Shown here in pieces: positions 54,176 to 64,000 of a stretch of DNA of 64,000 nucleotides. The first letter of the stretch is position 1; each line of letters opens with the position of its first letter. The position numbers and the translations under genes were made by a program. The DNA is taken from assembly GCA_037138355.1 (NCBI GenBank), contig JBAXIL010000001.1, positions 27,039 through 91,038 on the forward strand. The letters run 5' to 3'. The stretch comes from a bacterium. Lineage in GTDB: Bacteria; Oederibacteriota; PGYV01; Palsa-1178. A model generated the notes under the pieces. It was not told the DNA's origin. It did no database searches and saw nothing but the letters and a program-made list of their open reading frames with translations.

Positions 54176-54883
54176 GTGAAGAAAATATCATTAAATACAG
54201 TCCATATAGTTGAAAAAGGCACAAGCTCAAAGCTTATGAAAAGCCAAACCAATAAGCATAAGCGTGGTTCTTTAATTGTATTTGAAGGACCTGAAGGTTC
54301 AGGTAAGTCAACGCAGCTAAATAAGCTTGTGACATATTTCAAATCAAATAAAGTTAAAACAATTCTCTTACGCGAACCAGGCGGAACTGAGATATCTGAA
54401 AAAATTCGTTCTATAATTCTTGATCGTGCTCATACAAATATGTCTGAAAAAACGGAATTACTACTTTATATTGCCTGCAGAGCTCAGATAATTGAGGAAA
54501 AAATACTAAAATTACTTCATGAAGGTTACACGATACTTCAAGACAGATTTTATCTTGCTACAATAGTTTATCAGGGTTATGCCAGAGGAATTGATAGAAA
54601 ATGGATTGATGAACTTAATAAGTTTGCTTTAAATGGGTTAAAGGAAGACTTAACTATAATTTATGATGTGACACTTGCTGAAGCTCAAAAGCGCATGAAA
54701 AAACGAGTAAAGAAAGATAGGCTTGATGAAGAGGCTGCAGAGTTTCATACTAAGGTTCGGAACGGTTATCTAAAAGAAGCAAAAAAAATAGCAAATTGCA
54801 TTGTAATAACTACAGATAATAAAGACGAGAAATCTGTTTTTAAAGAAACTATCAATCATCTCGAGAGAAAAGGTTTTATTTAA
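54176..54883 (+). CDS. tmk: Thymidylate kinase
   Basis: IVFEGPEGSGKSTQ, REPGGT, DRFY, YQGYARG, DRLD. Confidence 0.96.
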   Translation: MKKISLNTVHIVEKGTSSKLMKSQTNKHKRGSLIVFEGPEGSGKSTQLNKLVTYFKSNKVKTILLREPGGTEISEKIRSIILDRAHTNMSEKTELLLYIACRAQIIEEKILKLLHEGYTILQDRFYLATIVYQGYARGIDRKWIDELNKFALNGLKEDLTIIYDVTLAEAQKRMKKRVKKDRLDEEAAEFHTKVRNGYLKEAKKIANCIVITTDNKDEKSVFKETINHLERKGFI

Positions 54884-55962
54884 TGTCTGTAAATAATATC
54901 ATAGGCAATGTTAATACCAAAAAAATAATGTTGTCCAATGCCAGCGAGCAAAAAAATGGAACTGCTTATATTCTGCTTGGTGAAGAAAATGTAGGAAAGA
55001 ACTTTGCAGCACGGCAGTTTGCAAAGGCATTAAATTGTCTTCGGCCTTCTGTTGATATGGATTGTTGTGATATTTGTGTTAATTGCCGTTTGATTGATAA
55101 AACATTAGGAGAGCTTGACGAACATGACTGTCAGATTAATCCACATCCTGATTTAGTTTACATAAATACTGAGAAAGCACAACTTAGTAAAGAAGTAGTT
55201 CAGGTTGCAATCGAAAATTTAAATATATACAAGGCAATACAACTTAAAAGAAAAGTAGTTATTATACAAGATGCTGACAGAATGAATAAAAGCGCAGCCA
55301 ATTCTATCTTAAAAGTGCTTGAGGAACCTCACAAGGATTTAGTCATAATTCTTATAGTTAACAACATTGATTCGCAAATGCCTACAATAGTGTCCCGTTG
55401 TCGCAGAATAGAACTGCAAAGGGCTTCTATTAGCGAGATAGAGAAAGCCACAGGTCGTATTATGATGGCCTGGACAGAAATTGAAGTAAAGGAAGCGGCG
55501 TCATTTTCTGATGGGAAAATAGGTGATGCTTTGCGTTATATTGAAGTAAAACAGCAGTTTAAGGACGCAGCGGCCATCTTTTCGGCAGTATCAGGCCGTA
55601 AGGATGATGTGGAGTCCATATTTGATGCTATTAAAAGGGTAGAAGAGCTACATAGGGAAGAAAAAGAGAAAGAAAAGAAGGCTAAAAAAAAGGGTATTGC
55701 ACGGTTGTTTTTACTTGATATTATTAAGATATTATCATATATTTATAGGGATTATATGCTGGAGAAACTCGGGATAAAGAGTATTCTCCGAAATAGATAT
55801 GGCATAAGCACAACTGATATCAGGGATTATACCCCTGCAAAAATCAGCGCAATACTAAAAATTATCGAACGGTCATGCAGGGATGTGGAAAGCAATGCGA
55901 ATGTTAGCGTGCTTTTTACGAACCTGCTTTTCCAGATACGAAAGGAAGGTCTAAGCGCATGA
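54883..55962 (+). CDS. holB: DNA polymerase III delta' subunit
   Basis: Degenerate Walker A, LNC...CDICVNC zinc module, HPD, AANSILKVLEEP, PTIVSRC; tmk-holB synteny. Confidence 0.9.
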   Translation: MSVNNIIGNVNTKKIMLSNASEQKNGTAYILLGEENVGKNFAARQFAKALNCLRPSVDMDCCDICVNCRLIDKTLGELDEHDCQINPHPDLVYINTEKAQLSKEVVQVAIENLNIYKAIQLKRKVVIIQDADRMNKSAANSILKVLEEPHKDLVIILIVNNIDSQMPTIVSRCRRIELQRASISEIEKATGRIMMAWTEIEVKEAASFSDGKIGDALRYIEVKQQFKDAAAIFSAVSGRKDDVESIFDAIKRVEELHREEKEKEKKAKKKGIARLFLLDIIKILSYIYRDYMLEKLGIKSILRNRYGISTTDIRDYTPAKISAILKIIERSCRDVESNANVSVLFTNLLFQIRKEGLSA

Positions 55963-56708
55963 TAGAAGTAATCGGAATTAAGTTTAAGGATGATGAAAAA
56001 ATACATTATTATAATCCAGAAAAATTACATCTTGAAAAAGGTGAAAAATGTATTGTGGAGACTATAGAAGGTTCGCGTGAAGGCGAAGTGTCTATGGCTA
56101 ATTTCTTTTTAGAACCAGATAAAATATATGCTCCATTGCGTCGTGTTCTGGAATATTTAACTGATAAACAGGAAGTTTTAGTACAAAAGCAAGACCGCAT
56201 GGAAGAAAAAGCCAGAGAGTTTTGTACGAGCAGAATAGAAGCTCGGAATCTTGTTATGAAGTTAGTAGATGTTAAATATTCCGATGATTTAAAGAAAGTT
56301 GTTTTCTTCTTTGTGGCTGAAAAAAGAGTTGATTTTAGGGAATTATTAAAAGACTTGGTAAAAGCTCTTAGAATAAAAATAGAATTAAGACAGATAAGCC
56401 GTAGGGAATACGCAAAAAAAATAGGTGCCGCCGGTATTTGCGGCAGAATAGTGTGCTGTAAAAATCATTTGAAATCATTTGCACCTATTACTATTAAAAT
56501 GGCCAAAAACCAAGGGCTTCCATTAAATCCTACCAAAATTTCCGGAGTGTGCGGCAGGCTATTGTGCTGTCTTGCCTATGAAAAATATGAAGCGCCAGTT
56601 CATAATTCTATTATTCAACGCTTGCAGGTGACAGAAAATGATGGCGGAGAAATAATAATGGATGAACCGACTTCAACAAATACAGAAGCAGATGTAAACT
56701 GGGAATAG
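55959..56708 (+). CDS. yaaT: PSP1-domain protein YaaT/RicT
   Basis: RVDFRELLKDL, IELRQI, GICGRIVCC, KMAKNQGLPLNPTKISGVCGRLLCCL. Confidence 0.92.
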   Translation: MIEVIGIKFKDDEKIHYYNPEKLHLEKGEKCIVETIEGSREGEVSMANFFLEPDKIYAPLRRVLEYLTDKQEVLVQKQDRMEEKAREFCTSRIEARNLVMKLVDVKYSDDLKKVVFFFVAEKRVDFRELLKDLVKALRIKIELRQISRREYAKKIGAAGICGRIVCCKNHLKSFAPITIKMAKNQGLPLNPTKISGVCGRLLCCLAYEKYEAPVHNSIIQRLQVTENDGGEIIMDEPTSTNTEADVNWE

Positions 56709-56772
56709 TATTTATTTGATTCCAATATGTATTTGTTAAAATAATGCGATTTGTATATCTGAAAGGGATCAC

Positions 56773-58365
56773 ATGAGCGAAAGAAAATATTATTTTATTA
56801 CAACAGCAATTGATTACGCAAACTCAAAACCTCACATTGGTCATGCCTATGAGAAAGTAACTACTGATATTATGGCCAGATACAAAAGGTTAAAGGGTTA
56901 TGAGGTATATTTTTCAACTGGTACAGATGAGCATTCCTTAAATGTAATGGCTAAAGCAAAAGAAACTGGAGTTACTCCAAAACAGTATGTAGATGATATG
57001 GCAGTTGCTTTTCGCAATTTATGTACTCAGTATAAAATAACAATAACAGATTTTGTTCAAACCTCGGAAGAGCGTCATAAAATCTCAGTGTCTGAAGTTT
57101 TTCGTAGGTGCTTTGAGTCGGGAGATATATATAAAGGCACTTATGAAGGTTGGTATTGTAAGTCGTGTGAAGCATTTTACGCACAGGGTGAATTGACAGA
57201 AGATAATTGTTGTCCTACGCATAAGTTCAAGGCAGATCTCATTAAAGAAGATAATTATTTTCTTAAAATAACAAAATATACAGATAAATTACTAAAACAT
57301 ATAGAAGATAATCCTGATTTTATTCAACCTGAAACTCGTAAAAATGAGATTCTTTCTATGCTCAAAGCTGGGTTTCGGGATGTGAGTGTATCCAGACCAG
57401 GTTTAAATTGGGGAATACCGCTTCCAGTAGATAAGTCGCAGACAGTTTATGTATGGTTTGATGCTTTGATTAATTATATAACAGCTGCAGGTTTTGCTAC
57501 AGATGAAGAAAAGTTTAATAAATTTTGGCCTTGTGACATGCATGTGATAGGTAAAGATATTACAAAGTTTCATTGCATTATCTGGCCTATAATGCTTATG
57601 TCTGCTGGATTAGCCCTTCCTAAAAAAGTATTTGGACATGGTCATTTGCTAAATAAGGGTGAAAAAATGTCTAAGACCAGAGGTAATATAGTTGACCCAG
57701 TGAACATTGCAAATGTTTTTGGCGTGGATGCGATTCGCTATTATTTTGCTGCCAATATAACAAATGGCAGTGATGGAGAGTTTTCAGAAGATTCTATAAT
57801 TCTTTGTTACAATACTGATTTGGCAAATGATCTTGGCAATTTGATAAATAGATCCCTGAACATGGTAGAAAAATACTGCGCTGCTTTAGTCCCAAAATAT
57901 ATTGAAACAGTGCTTGATGATAAAATGAAAGCCATAGTTATTCAAGCAAAACAGTTATTGTCGGTTTATACGCAAAGAATGGATGCCTTTAATTTATCTG
58001 GTGGTTTAGATGCTGCTTGGGATTTAATTAGCATGGCAAATAAACTTATTGAAGATGAAGCGCCGTGGAATTTGCAAAAAAATAATAAAATACAAGAACT
58101 CGAAACAGTATTATATATTTTACTCGAAGTTATAAGGCTTGCATCAATAATTGTTTTGCCTGTTATGCCAGACACGGCTAAAAAAATATGGGCAAAGCTT
58201 GGCATAGAATATGATGAAAACAGTTTGAACATAGATGAGGAACTTCAATTTGGTAGGTTGGCAGTAGGTGGAACCATAGCAAAGGGAGAGCCGTTATTTC
58301 CGAGAATATTAGATGAAAAAGAAACTGCAAAATTGAAAGATTTAAAGGAAAACAAACCAAAATGA
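56773..58365 (+). CDS. metG: Methionine--tRNA ligase, short form
   Basis: PHIGH, GTDEH, WYCKSCE, YVWFDAL, IGKDI, KMSKT; no C-terminal tRNA-binding/dimerisation domain. Confidence 0.97.
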   Translation: MSERKYYFITTAIDYANSKPHIGHAYEKVTTDIMARYKRLKGYEVYFSTGTDEHSLNVMAKAKETGVTPKQYVDDMAVAFRNLCTQYKITITDFVQTSEERHKISVSEVFRRCFESGDIYKGTYEGWYCKSCEAFYAQGELTEDNCCPTHKFKADLIKEDNYFLKITKYTDKLLKHIEDNPDFIQPETRKNEILSMLKAGFRDVSVSRPGLNWGIPLPVDKSQTVYVWFDALINYITAAGFATDEEKFNKFWPCDMHVIGKDITKFHCIIWPIMLMSAGLALPKKVFGHGHLLNKGEKMSKTRGNIVDPVNIANVFGVDAIRYYFAANITNGSDGEFSEDSIILCYNTDLANDLGNLINRSLNMVEKYCAALVPKYIETVLDDKMKAIVIQAKQLLSVYTQRMDAFNLSGGLDAAWDLISMANKLIEDEAPWNLQKNNKIQELETVLYILLEVIRLASIIVLPVMPDTAKKIWAKLGIEYDENSLNIDEELQFGRLAVGGTIAKGEPLFPRILDEKETAKLKDLKENKPK

Positions 58366-58392
58366 TTTATTTTGTGTTTTTGGAAATGCTTT

Positions 58393-59151
58393 ATGATTGT
58401 TGAAACTCATGTCCATCTTTGCGATGAAAAGTTTGATGGTGATAGAACAGAGGTATTAAAACGCGCTAATACTGCCGGGGTAATAAAATTCCTTAATATT
58501 GGAGCGGAGCTAAAAGAAATAAGGGCAATCGCGGCATTAGAAATTGAAAATGTTTACAAAGCGATGGGGCTTCATCCGCACAATGCACACGAATTTACGG
58601 AAGAAGTTTATAGTGAAATTAAAGAATATTTTAAAACACAAATAAAAGCTGTTGCTGTCGGTGAAATAGGGATGGATTACTATAAAAGTATCACGCCCCG
58701 CGGACTGCAGGAAAAAGTATTTCGTAGATTTCTTGAATTGGCATGTGAATTGAATTTGCCTATAGCTGTACATAGCAGAGAAGCTCATGAAGATGTTCTA
58801 AATATTCTTAAAGAATACGAATTAAGTAAAAAAGGTGTCATACATTGTTTTACAGGTGATATTTCAACGGCTAATAAATTTACTGATTTAGGTTATATGC
58901 TTGGAATTGGTGGAGTAATCACTTTCCCAAATGCCCAAAGCTTAAGAGATGCTATAAAGCTAATTCCTCTTGAATTTTTGGTACTTGAAACTGATGCTCC
59001 ATGGCTTGCTCCACAGCAGGAACGAGGAAAAAGAAATGAACCGTCATACTTGAAACTTATTGTGAAGGTTATAGCTGATTTAAAAACAATATCAGTTGAA
59101 CAAGTAGAAAATGTTACTACAAAAAATGCTGAGAGATTATTTAATATATAA
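58393..59151 (+). CDS. tatD: TatD-family hydrolase
   Basis: ETHVHL, GLHPH, VGEIGMDYY, HSREA, HCFTG, LETDAPWLAP, RNEP. Confidence 0.94.
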   Translation: MIVETHVHLCDEKFDGDRTEVLKRANTAGVIKFLNIGAELKEIRAIAALEIENVYKAMGLHPHNAHEFTEEVYSEIKEYFKTQIKAVAVGEIGMDYYKSITPRGLQEKVFRRFLELACELNLPIAVHSREAHEDVLNILKEYELSKKGVIHCFTGDISTANKFTDLGYMLGIGGVITFPNAQSLRDAIKLIPLEFLVLETDAPWLAPQQERGKRNEPSYLKLIVKVIADLKTISVEQVENVTTKNAERLFNI

Positions 59152-59166
59152 AAAAGAGGTAAATAA

Positions 59167-60180
59167 ATGCTAAAGAAGTTTATTAAAAAAGTAACAGAAA
59201 GACAAAATTTAACATTTGATGAAATGCGTGAGGCCATGGATGTTATTATGACAGGTCAGACTACTGATGCACAAATATCTGCATTGCTAATAGGCCTTAA
59301 AATGAAAGGTGAAACCATAGAGGAAATCACAGCAGCTGCAATAGGAATGAGAGAGAAAGCTCATCATGTGCAAATAGATGAAGATATTATTCTTGATACT
59401 TGTGGTACTGGTGGAGATGGCTATGGAACAATCAATATATCTACTGCAGTGTCAATAGTAGCGGCAGCAGCTGGTGTGACTGTAGCAAAACATGGTAATA
59501 GGTCGGTCACATCAGAATCAGGGAGTGCGGACGTCCTAAAGGCGCTTGGAGTTAATACTGATTTAAGTCATGAGAAAATAAAAGAGTGTGTAAAAACAAT
59601 AAAAATTGGTTTCCTTTTTGCTCCAGGATGTCATCAGGCGATGAAATACGCCATGGGAGTTAGAAAAGAAGTAGGCGTGAGAACAATATTTAATCTTCTT
59701 GGGCCTATAATAAATCCTGCAAGAAATACACATCATCTTATGGGAGTATTTGCTGAAAATTTAACTGAAAAAATTGCTGGAGTATTAAAAAATATGGGAT
59801 TGGTTCATTCGGCAGTAGTGTGTGGACAAGGTGACATGGATGAAATTACAATTGCAGGTCCTACAAAAGTTTCAGAACTGAAAAATGGTGAAATAAAAAC
59901 ATATTATATAAAACCTTCTGATTTTGGAATAAAAGAAGCGCCTTTAGCAGCAGTTAAAGGCGGAGGTCCTGAAAAAAATGCGGGTATAATTAGAGATATA
60001 TTTGAAGGTAGAGAAAAAGGTCCTTATAAAGATGTAATAGTTATCAACAGCGGTTTTGCTTTATACATTGCTGATAAGGTAAGCACTCCACAAGAAGGCG
60101 TAGTGCTTGCACAAAAGGTTATAGAATCTGGTGAAGCGGCAAGGAAGCTTGAAGAGTTTATTAAATGTTCAAACAGTTAA
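59167..60180 (+). CDS. trpD: Anthranilate phosphoribosyltransferase
   Basis: DTCGTGGDG, NISTA, AKHGNRSVTS.SGSADVL, RTIFNLLGP. Confidence 0.97.
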   Translation: MLKKFIKKVTERQNLTFDEMREAMDVIMTGQTTDAQISALLIGLKMKGETIEEITAAAIGMREKAHHVQIDEDIILDTCGTGGDGYGTINISTAVSIVAAAAGVTVAKHGNRSVTSESGSADVLKALGVNTDLSHEKIKECVKTIKIGFLFAPGCHQAMKYAMGVRKEVGVRTIFNLLGPIINPARNTHHLMGVFAENLTEKIAGVLKNMGLVHSAVVCGQGDMDEITIAGPTKVSELKNGEIKTYYIKPSDFGIKEAPLAAVKGGGPEKNAGIIRDIFEGREKGPYKDVIVINSGFALYIADKVSTPQEGVVLAQKVIESGEAARKLEEFIKCSNS

Positions 60181-60265
60181 GGACAATACAAAATATAGTA
60201 TAATTTCCATAGCTTTAGATACATTTTGTAATAGCAAGGGATTAACAAAATAATGGAGGAAAAAA

Positions 60266-61060
60266 ATGAGCATACTGAAAAGAATTATTAAGGCAAAAAA
60301 AGCAGAAGTGAAGTTGAAGAAAGAAAAAATGCCGATTGAAAAATTATTAATTGATATAACTAAGGCTCCAGCAAACAGAAACTTTAGGGATATTTTTGAA
60401 TATAATGATTTCTCGGTTATTGCAGAAATTAAGAAAAAATCACCATCCAAAGGTACAATAAAAGCAAACATAAGTATAAGAAAAATTGCTGAAAATTATG
60501 AAGCTGCAGGAGCAAGAGCGATTTCAGTTGTCACAGATAAAAAATTCTTCGATGGAAAACTCGAGTATATAGAAGAGGTTAAAAAATATTCTTCACTGCC
60601 TGTTTTGCGTAAAGATTTTATCATAGATGAGTATCAGATATATGAGTCTCGTTGGGCAAGAGCTGACGCTGTGCTGATTATAGCAGCAGCGCTTGAAAAA
60701 AAAGTAGTAACGCAATTTGTAAAGAAAGTCAGATATCTGAATATGACTCCTATAGTGGAAGTGCATAACAGGGAAGATTTGAAGAAAGCTTTAGGTTCTG
60801 GAGTGGATATAATAGGAATAAATACCAGAGATTTAAAGACCTTCAAAATTAATTTTGGGGTTATTAAAAATCTTATAAAAAACATACCTAAAGAGAAATA
60901 TGTCATAATTGAAAGTGGCGTAGCTGAAGTGGCTGATCTCGAAAAGATTTTGATAGACAGCAGAATAAAAGGCGTATTAATAGGTACTATGTTTATGAAA
61001 ATGAATCCAAATAATGTAAAAGAATCAATGCATAAAATAATGAGTAAATACGGAAATTAA
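60266..61060 (+). CDS. trpC: Indole-3-glycerol phosphate synthase
   Basis: IAEIKKKSPSKG, ISVVTD, LPVLRKDFII, VEVH, GINTRDL, ESG. Confidence 0.96.
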   Translation: MSILKRIIKAKKAEVKLKKEKMPIEKLLIDITKAPANRNFRDIFEYNDFSVIAEIKKKSPSKGTIKANISIRKIAENYEAAGARAISVVTDKKFFDGKLEYIEEVKKYSSLPVLRKDFIIDEYQIYESRWARADAVLIIAAALEKKVVTQFVKKVRYLNMTPIVEVHNREDLKKALGSGVDIIGINTRDLKTFKINFGVIKNLIKNIPKEKYVIIESGVAEVADLEKILIDSRIKGVLIGTMFMKMNPNNVKESMHKIMSKYGN

Positions 61061-61061
61061 T

Positions 61062-61700
61062 ATGCCAAAAGTTAAAATCTGCGGAATTACAAATCTTATA
61101 GATGCGAAGCTTGCCGAGAAAATGGGGGCAGATATAGAAGGTTTCATATTTGCAGACAGTCCGCGTAGAATCACACCTGCTAAGGCAGCTGTAATAATAA
61201 AGAAGCTCAAGCATAGTGTTTTGAAAGCTGGTGTATTTGTTAATGAAAAACCTCAGATTGTAAACTCTATTATTAAGCAATTACATTTAAATATCATACA
61301 ATTACATGGAGAGGAATCGATTGCTTATTTAAGGAAAATCAAAGGAGCAATGATAATAAAGACGATCAGAGTTAAAAACGCAGCTTATTTGAAAAAACAA
61401 GTAAAACATTATGAAAAACAAGCAGACGCTTTTCTTTTTGATACATACAATAAGACAATACATGGCGGAACTGGACATTGTTTTGATTGGAAAATATTAG
61501 ATAAAATCAAGATAAACAAGCCATTTTTTGTGGCTGGGGGGATTAACGCTAACAATATTTCCAAGGTTTTAAAAGAAAGCAGTCCTTATGGAATAGATGT
61601 AAACTCTGGCATTGAAAAAGAAAAAGGTAAAAAAAGCGAAATTAAAATGAAAAAAATATTTAAAGAAATAAATAAATATAAATTAAGCTATGGAGCCTAA
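61062..61700 (+). CDS. trpF: Phosphoribosylanthranilate isomerase
   Basis: VKICGIT, SPR, QLHGEE, GGTG, AGGI, DVNSGIE. Confidence 0.96.
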   Translation: MPKVKICGITNLIDAKLAEKMGADIEGFIFADSPRRITPAKAAVIIKKLKHSVLKAGVFVNEKPQIVNSIIKQLHLNIIQLHGEESIAYLRKIKGAMIIKTIRVKNAAYLKKQVKHYEKQADAFLFDTYNKTIHGGTGHCFDWKILDKIKINKPFFVAGGINANNISKVLKESSPYGIDVNSGIEKEKGKKSEIKMKKIFKEINKYKLSYGA

Positions 61701-62879
61701 ATGAAACTTCCAAATAATAAAGGTTTTTTTGGTCAATATGGAGGAAAGTTTGCTCCTGAAACCTTGCGCACATTAGTAGATGATTTGGAGAAGGAATATA
61801 GAAAAGCACAAAAAGATAAGAACTTTAAAAAGGAACTTGATTATTATCTTAAATATTATGTAGGCAGACCAACACCTCTATATCGCGCTGATAGACTTTC
61901 AAAAAGATTTAATAATGCTAAAATTTACTTAAAGCGAGAAGATTTAAATCATACAGGTGCGCACAAGATAAATAATACTATTGGACAGATATTACTTGCA
62001 CGCAGAATGGGAAAGACCAGAATAATAGCTGAAACTGGCGCAGGACAACATGGGGTAGCTACTGCTACTGTGGCTGCTATGTTTGGTATGTCGTGTGAGG
62101 TTTATATGGGTGAGGAAGACATTCGTAGACAGGCACTGAATGTCTTTCGTATGACATTATTGGGCACGAAAGTTGTACCCGTTAAATCGGGTTCAAAAAC
62201 TTTGAAAGATGCTATGAATGAAGCCACCAGAGATTGGTTAAAAAATGTAGATAATACTTTTTATATAATAGGATCTGTTGCAGGGTTTCATCCATATCCA
62301 GAAATGGTCAGAGATTTTCAGTCAATTATAGGTAAAGAAGCAAAAAAACAAATACTGAAGGCGGAAGGAAAACTTCCTGATTATATTTTAGCATGTGTAG
62401 GCGGTGGTTCAAATGCTATGGGTATATTTTATCCTTTCTTAAATGATAAGAAGGTAAAATTAATTGGAGTAGAGGCTGGTGGTCTTGGAATAAACTCTGG
62501 AAAACATTCCGCCACTTTAACTAAAGGCAGAACAGGCGTGCTTCATGGAGCTAAAACTTATTTATTGCAAGATATGAATGGGCAGATATTAGAAACACAT
62601 TCAATTTCTGCTGGCTTGGATTATCCTGGAGTCGGACCCGAACATAGTTATTTAAAGGATACAGGTAGAGTTAAGTATGATTTTGTTCTTGATAAAGAAG
62701 CGGTTGAGGCTTGCATAATGTTGTCAAAAGAAGAAGGCATAATTCCTGCATTGGAATCTTCGCATGCGGTGGCATATTTGGATAAAATGAATTTGTCTAA
62801 AAAAGATATAGTTATTGTCAATATTTCGGGCAGAGGCGATAAAGATATGGATACTATTATGAATTATGTAATTAAATAG
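61701..62879 (+). CDS. trpB: Tryptophan synthase beta subunit
   Basis: [50 protein letters not shown]. Confidence 0.98.
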   Translation: MKLPNNKGFFGQYGGKFAPETLRTLVDDLEKEYRKAQKDKNFKKELDYYLKYYVGRPTPLYRADRLSKRFNNAKIYLKREDLNHTGAHKINNTIGQILLARRMGKTRIIAETGAGQHGVATATVAAMFGMSCEVYMGEEDIRRQALNVFRMTLLGTKVVPVKSGSKTLKDAMNEATRDWLKNVDNTFYIIGSVAGFHPYPEMVRDFQSIIGKEAKKQILKAEGKLPDYILACVGGGSNAMGIFYPFLNDKKVKLIGVEAGGLGINSGKHSATLTKGRTGVLHGAKTYLLQDMNGQILETHSISAGLDYPGVGPEHSYLKDTGRVKYDFVLDKEAVEACIMLSKEEGIIPALESSHAVAYLDKMNLSKKDIVIVNISGRGDKDMDTIMNYVIK

Positions 62880-62884
62880 ATTTT

Positions 62885-63676
62885 ATGGAGAAAACATTGA
62901 ATAGATTGGATTTGTTAAAAGATAAAGATAGCAAACACCTTGTCATTTATTTAATGGCAGGTGATCCAAACTTAAAAACTACAGAAAACTTGATTTATAG
63001 TTTGGCGGCACAAGAAGTGTCGGCAATTGAGCTTGGAATACCATTTTCCGACCCAGTGGCTGATGGTCCAACCATACAAAGAGCTGGTGAACGCGCGCTG
63101 GCTAATAATATCCACATTAAGGATGTGCTTGGGCTTGTTGCAAGAGTAAGAGTCAGGGTAAACACTCCTATAGTCTTTATGCTCTACTACAATTTGATAC
63201 ATAGCTATGGAATCAAAAATTTTGTTAATGACTGCTTAAAAGCAGGTGTTGATGGGGTAATAGTACCTGATTTGCCATTTGACGAAGAAATTGAATTCTA
63301 TAAATACTCTAAAAATAAGGACTTTTATGTGATTTGCCTTATTTCGCCAACGAATACTGTAATTCGAATGAAGAAAATAGTAGAAAAAACACAAGGTTTT
63401 GTGTATTATATCCTGTTAAAAGGTGTGACTGGAGCTCAAAAGACGCTTTTTTCTGACTTTAAGTTCTTATCGGAGATAAGAAAGAGTTCCAAGTTGCCGG
63501 TTTTTGCGGGTTTTGGTATTTCTACACCTAATCAGGCGGCAGAAGTTGTAAAACATGCAGATGGTGTAATTGTAGGAAGTGCCTATGTGGAACTTATTGA
63601 AAAATATGGAAAGAATACAAAAAAATTGTTATTTAAGTCAGAGCAGTTTATTAAAAACATATTAAAGAAGGTATAA
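62885..63676 (+). CDS. trpA: Tryptophan synthase alpha subunit
   Basis: AGDP, IELGIPFSDPVADGPTIQ, VPDLP, GVTG, GFGIS, DGVIVGSA. Confidence 0.97.
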   Translation: MEKTLNRLDLLKDKDSKHLVIYLMAGDPNLKTTENLIYSLAAQEVSAIELGIPFSDPVADGPTIQRAGERALANNIHIKDVLGLVARVRVRVNTPIVFMLYYNLIHSYGIKNFVNDCLKAGVDGVIVPDLPFDEEIEFYKYSKNKDFYVICLISPTNTVIRMKKIVEKTQGFVYYILLKGVTGAQKTLFSDFKFLSEIRKSSKLPVFAGFGISTPNQAAEVVKHADGVIVGSAYVELIEKYGKNTKKLLFKSEQFIKNILKKV

Positions 63677-63678
63677 AG

Positions 63679-64000
63679 TTGTTAAAAAAAGTAAAGAAAA
63701 ACAAAAGCTTATCAAATAAAAGTATAAGAAAAAACCAAAAAGTCAAATTGGAAGTTTTTGAAGATACTAATTTGACAATAAATAATGTTGATAAATATAA
63801 AATTAAGTTAGAAATGCTTGAAAATGAAGTACAGATACTTAGGGAAATTGCAGAGATAACGAGGAAAGATTTTAGTTTTAAGAAAACACTTGAAAGATTT
63901 TTGGTATTGCTAATGAAAACTGTTAATGCTGAAGCTGGGACTCTTTATCTATTTGATAAAGCTACCGATAAACTTGTGCTTGCAGTAGAACGGGGAGTAG
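63679..64000 (+). CDS. Probable GAF-domain protein, 3'-truncated by the window edge
   Basis: Open frame from TTG 63679: Lys-rich N-terminus, then LREIAEI...FKKTLERFL..LMKTVNAEAGTLYLFDKATDKLVLAVERG, the start of a GAF fold; start codon uncertain. Confidence 0.65.
   Translation, partial: MLKKVKKNKSLSNKSIRKNQKVKLEVFEDTNLTINNVDKYKIKLEMLENEVQILREIAEITRKDFSFKKTLERFLVLLMKTVNAEAGTLYLFDKATDKLVLAVERGV

Noticed and set aside
55380..55960. Locally higher GC in the 3' half of holB as a sign of foreign DNA
   Set aside because: The frame and synteny are intact, similar local rises occur in other core genes, and it cannot be judged without a codon-usage calculation.
107..63202. The many 60-160 aa ORF-track entries antisense to or overlapping recognised genes
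   Set aside because: They are shadows of well-supported genes, with no recognisable motifs or SD sequences.

Overview
AT-rich bacterial chromosome segment (roughly one-third GC by eye, standard genetic code, almost all genes on +) from a flagellated diderm: it carries lnt, tolC, flgH/flgI and PorV/FadL-like barrels. In order: mutL 3' end and miaA; two PorV/UPF0164-like outer-membrane barrel genes running into flgF-flgG-flgA-flgH-flgI-flgJ; a sigma28-driven flgM-flgN-flgK unit with no flgL; lnt, a HAD phosphatase and surE; a minus-strand ECF sigma/zinc anti-sigma/Spy-CpxP module; acpS-nnr-...-thiL-tsaE-tsaB; a GC-richer alginate-lyase-like lipoprotein; yggS-proC-yggT-yggU-PNP-mtnA-thioesterase; an unannotated 30-aa bS22-like ribosomal protein; yebC; a TolC-MacA-MacB operon; an MFS pump; tRNA-Val(GAC); a P-type ATPase; a PUR-domain protein; a GH2 hydrolase; a tRNA nucleotidyltransferase; rplM-rpsI; a GH3-GH5 fusion; tmk-holB-yaaT-metG-tatD; trpDCFBA; and a truncated GAF protein. 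I saw no CRISPR array, integrase or transposase. The most unusual locus is the tRNA-Val gene. Its leader and 5' end are duplicated upstream, the duplicate is split by a 73-nt GC-rich structured insert and ends in a terminator-like hairpin, its leader and trailer form a 15-bp helix, and it has C33 in place of the near-universal U33. Other notable signals: an identical GAACA-N16-CGTCTAA ECF promoter before the ECF sigma gene and before tolC-macAB, a ~185-nt folded intergenic RNA candidate after miaA, and two apparently leaderless genes. All calls come from manual motif recognition and hand pairing; no searches or folding programs were run.
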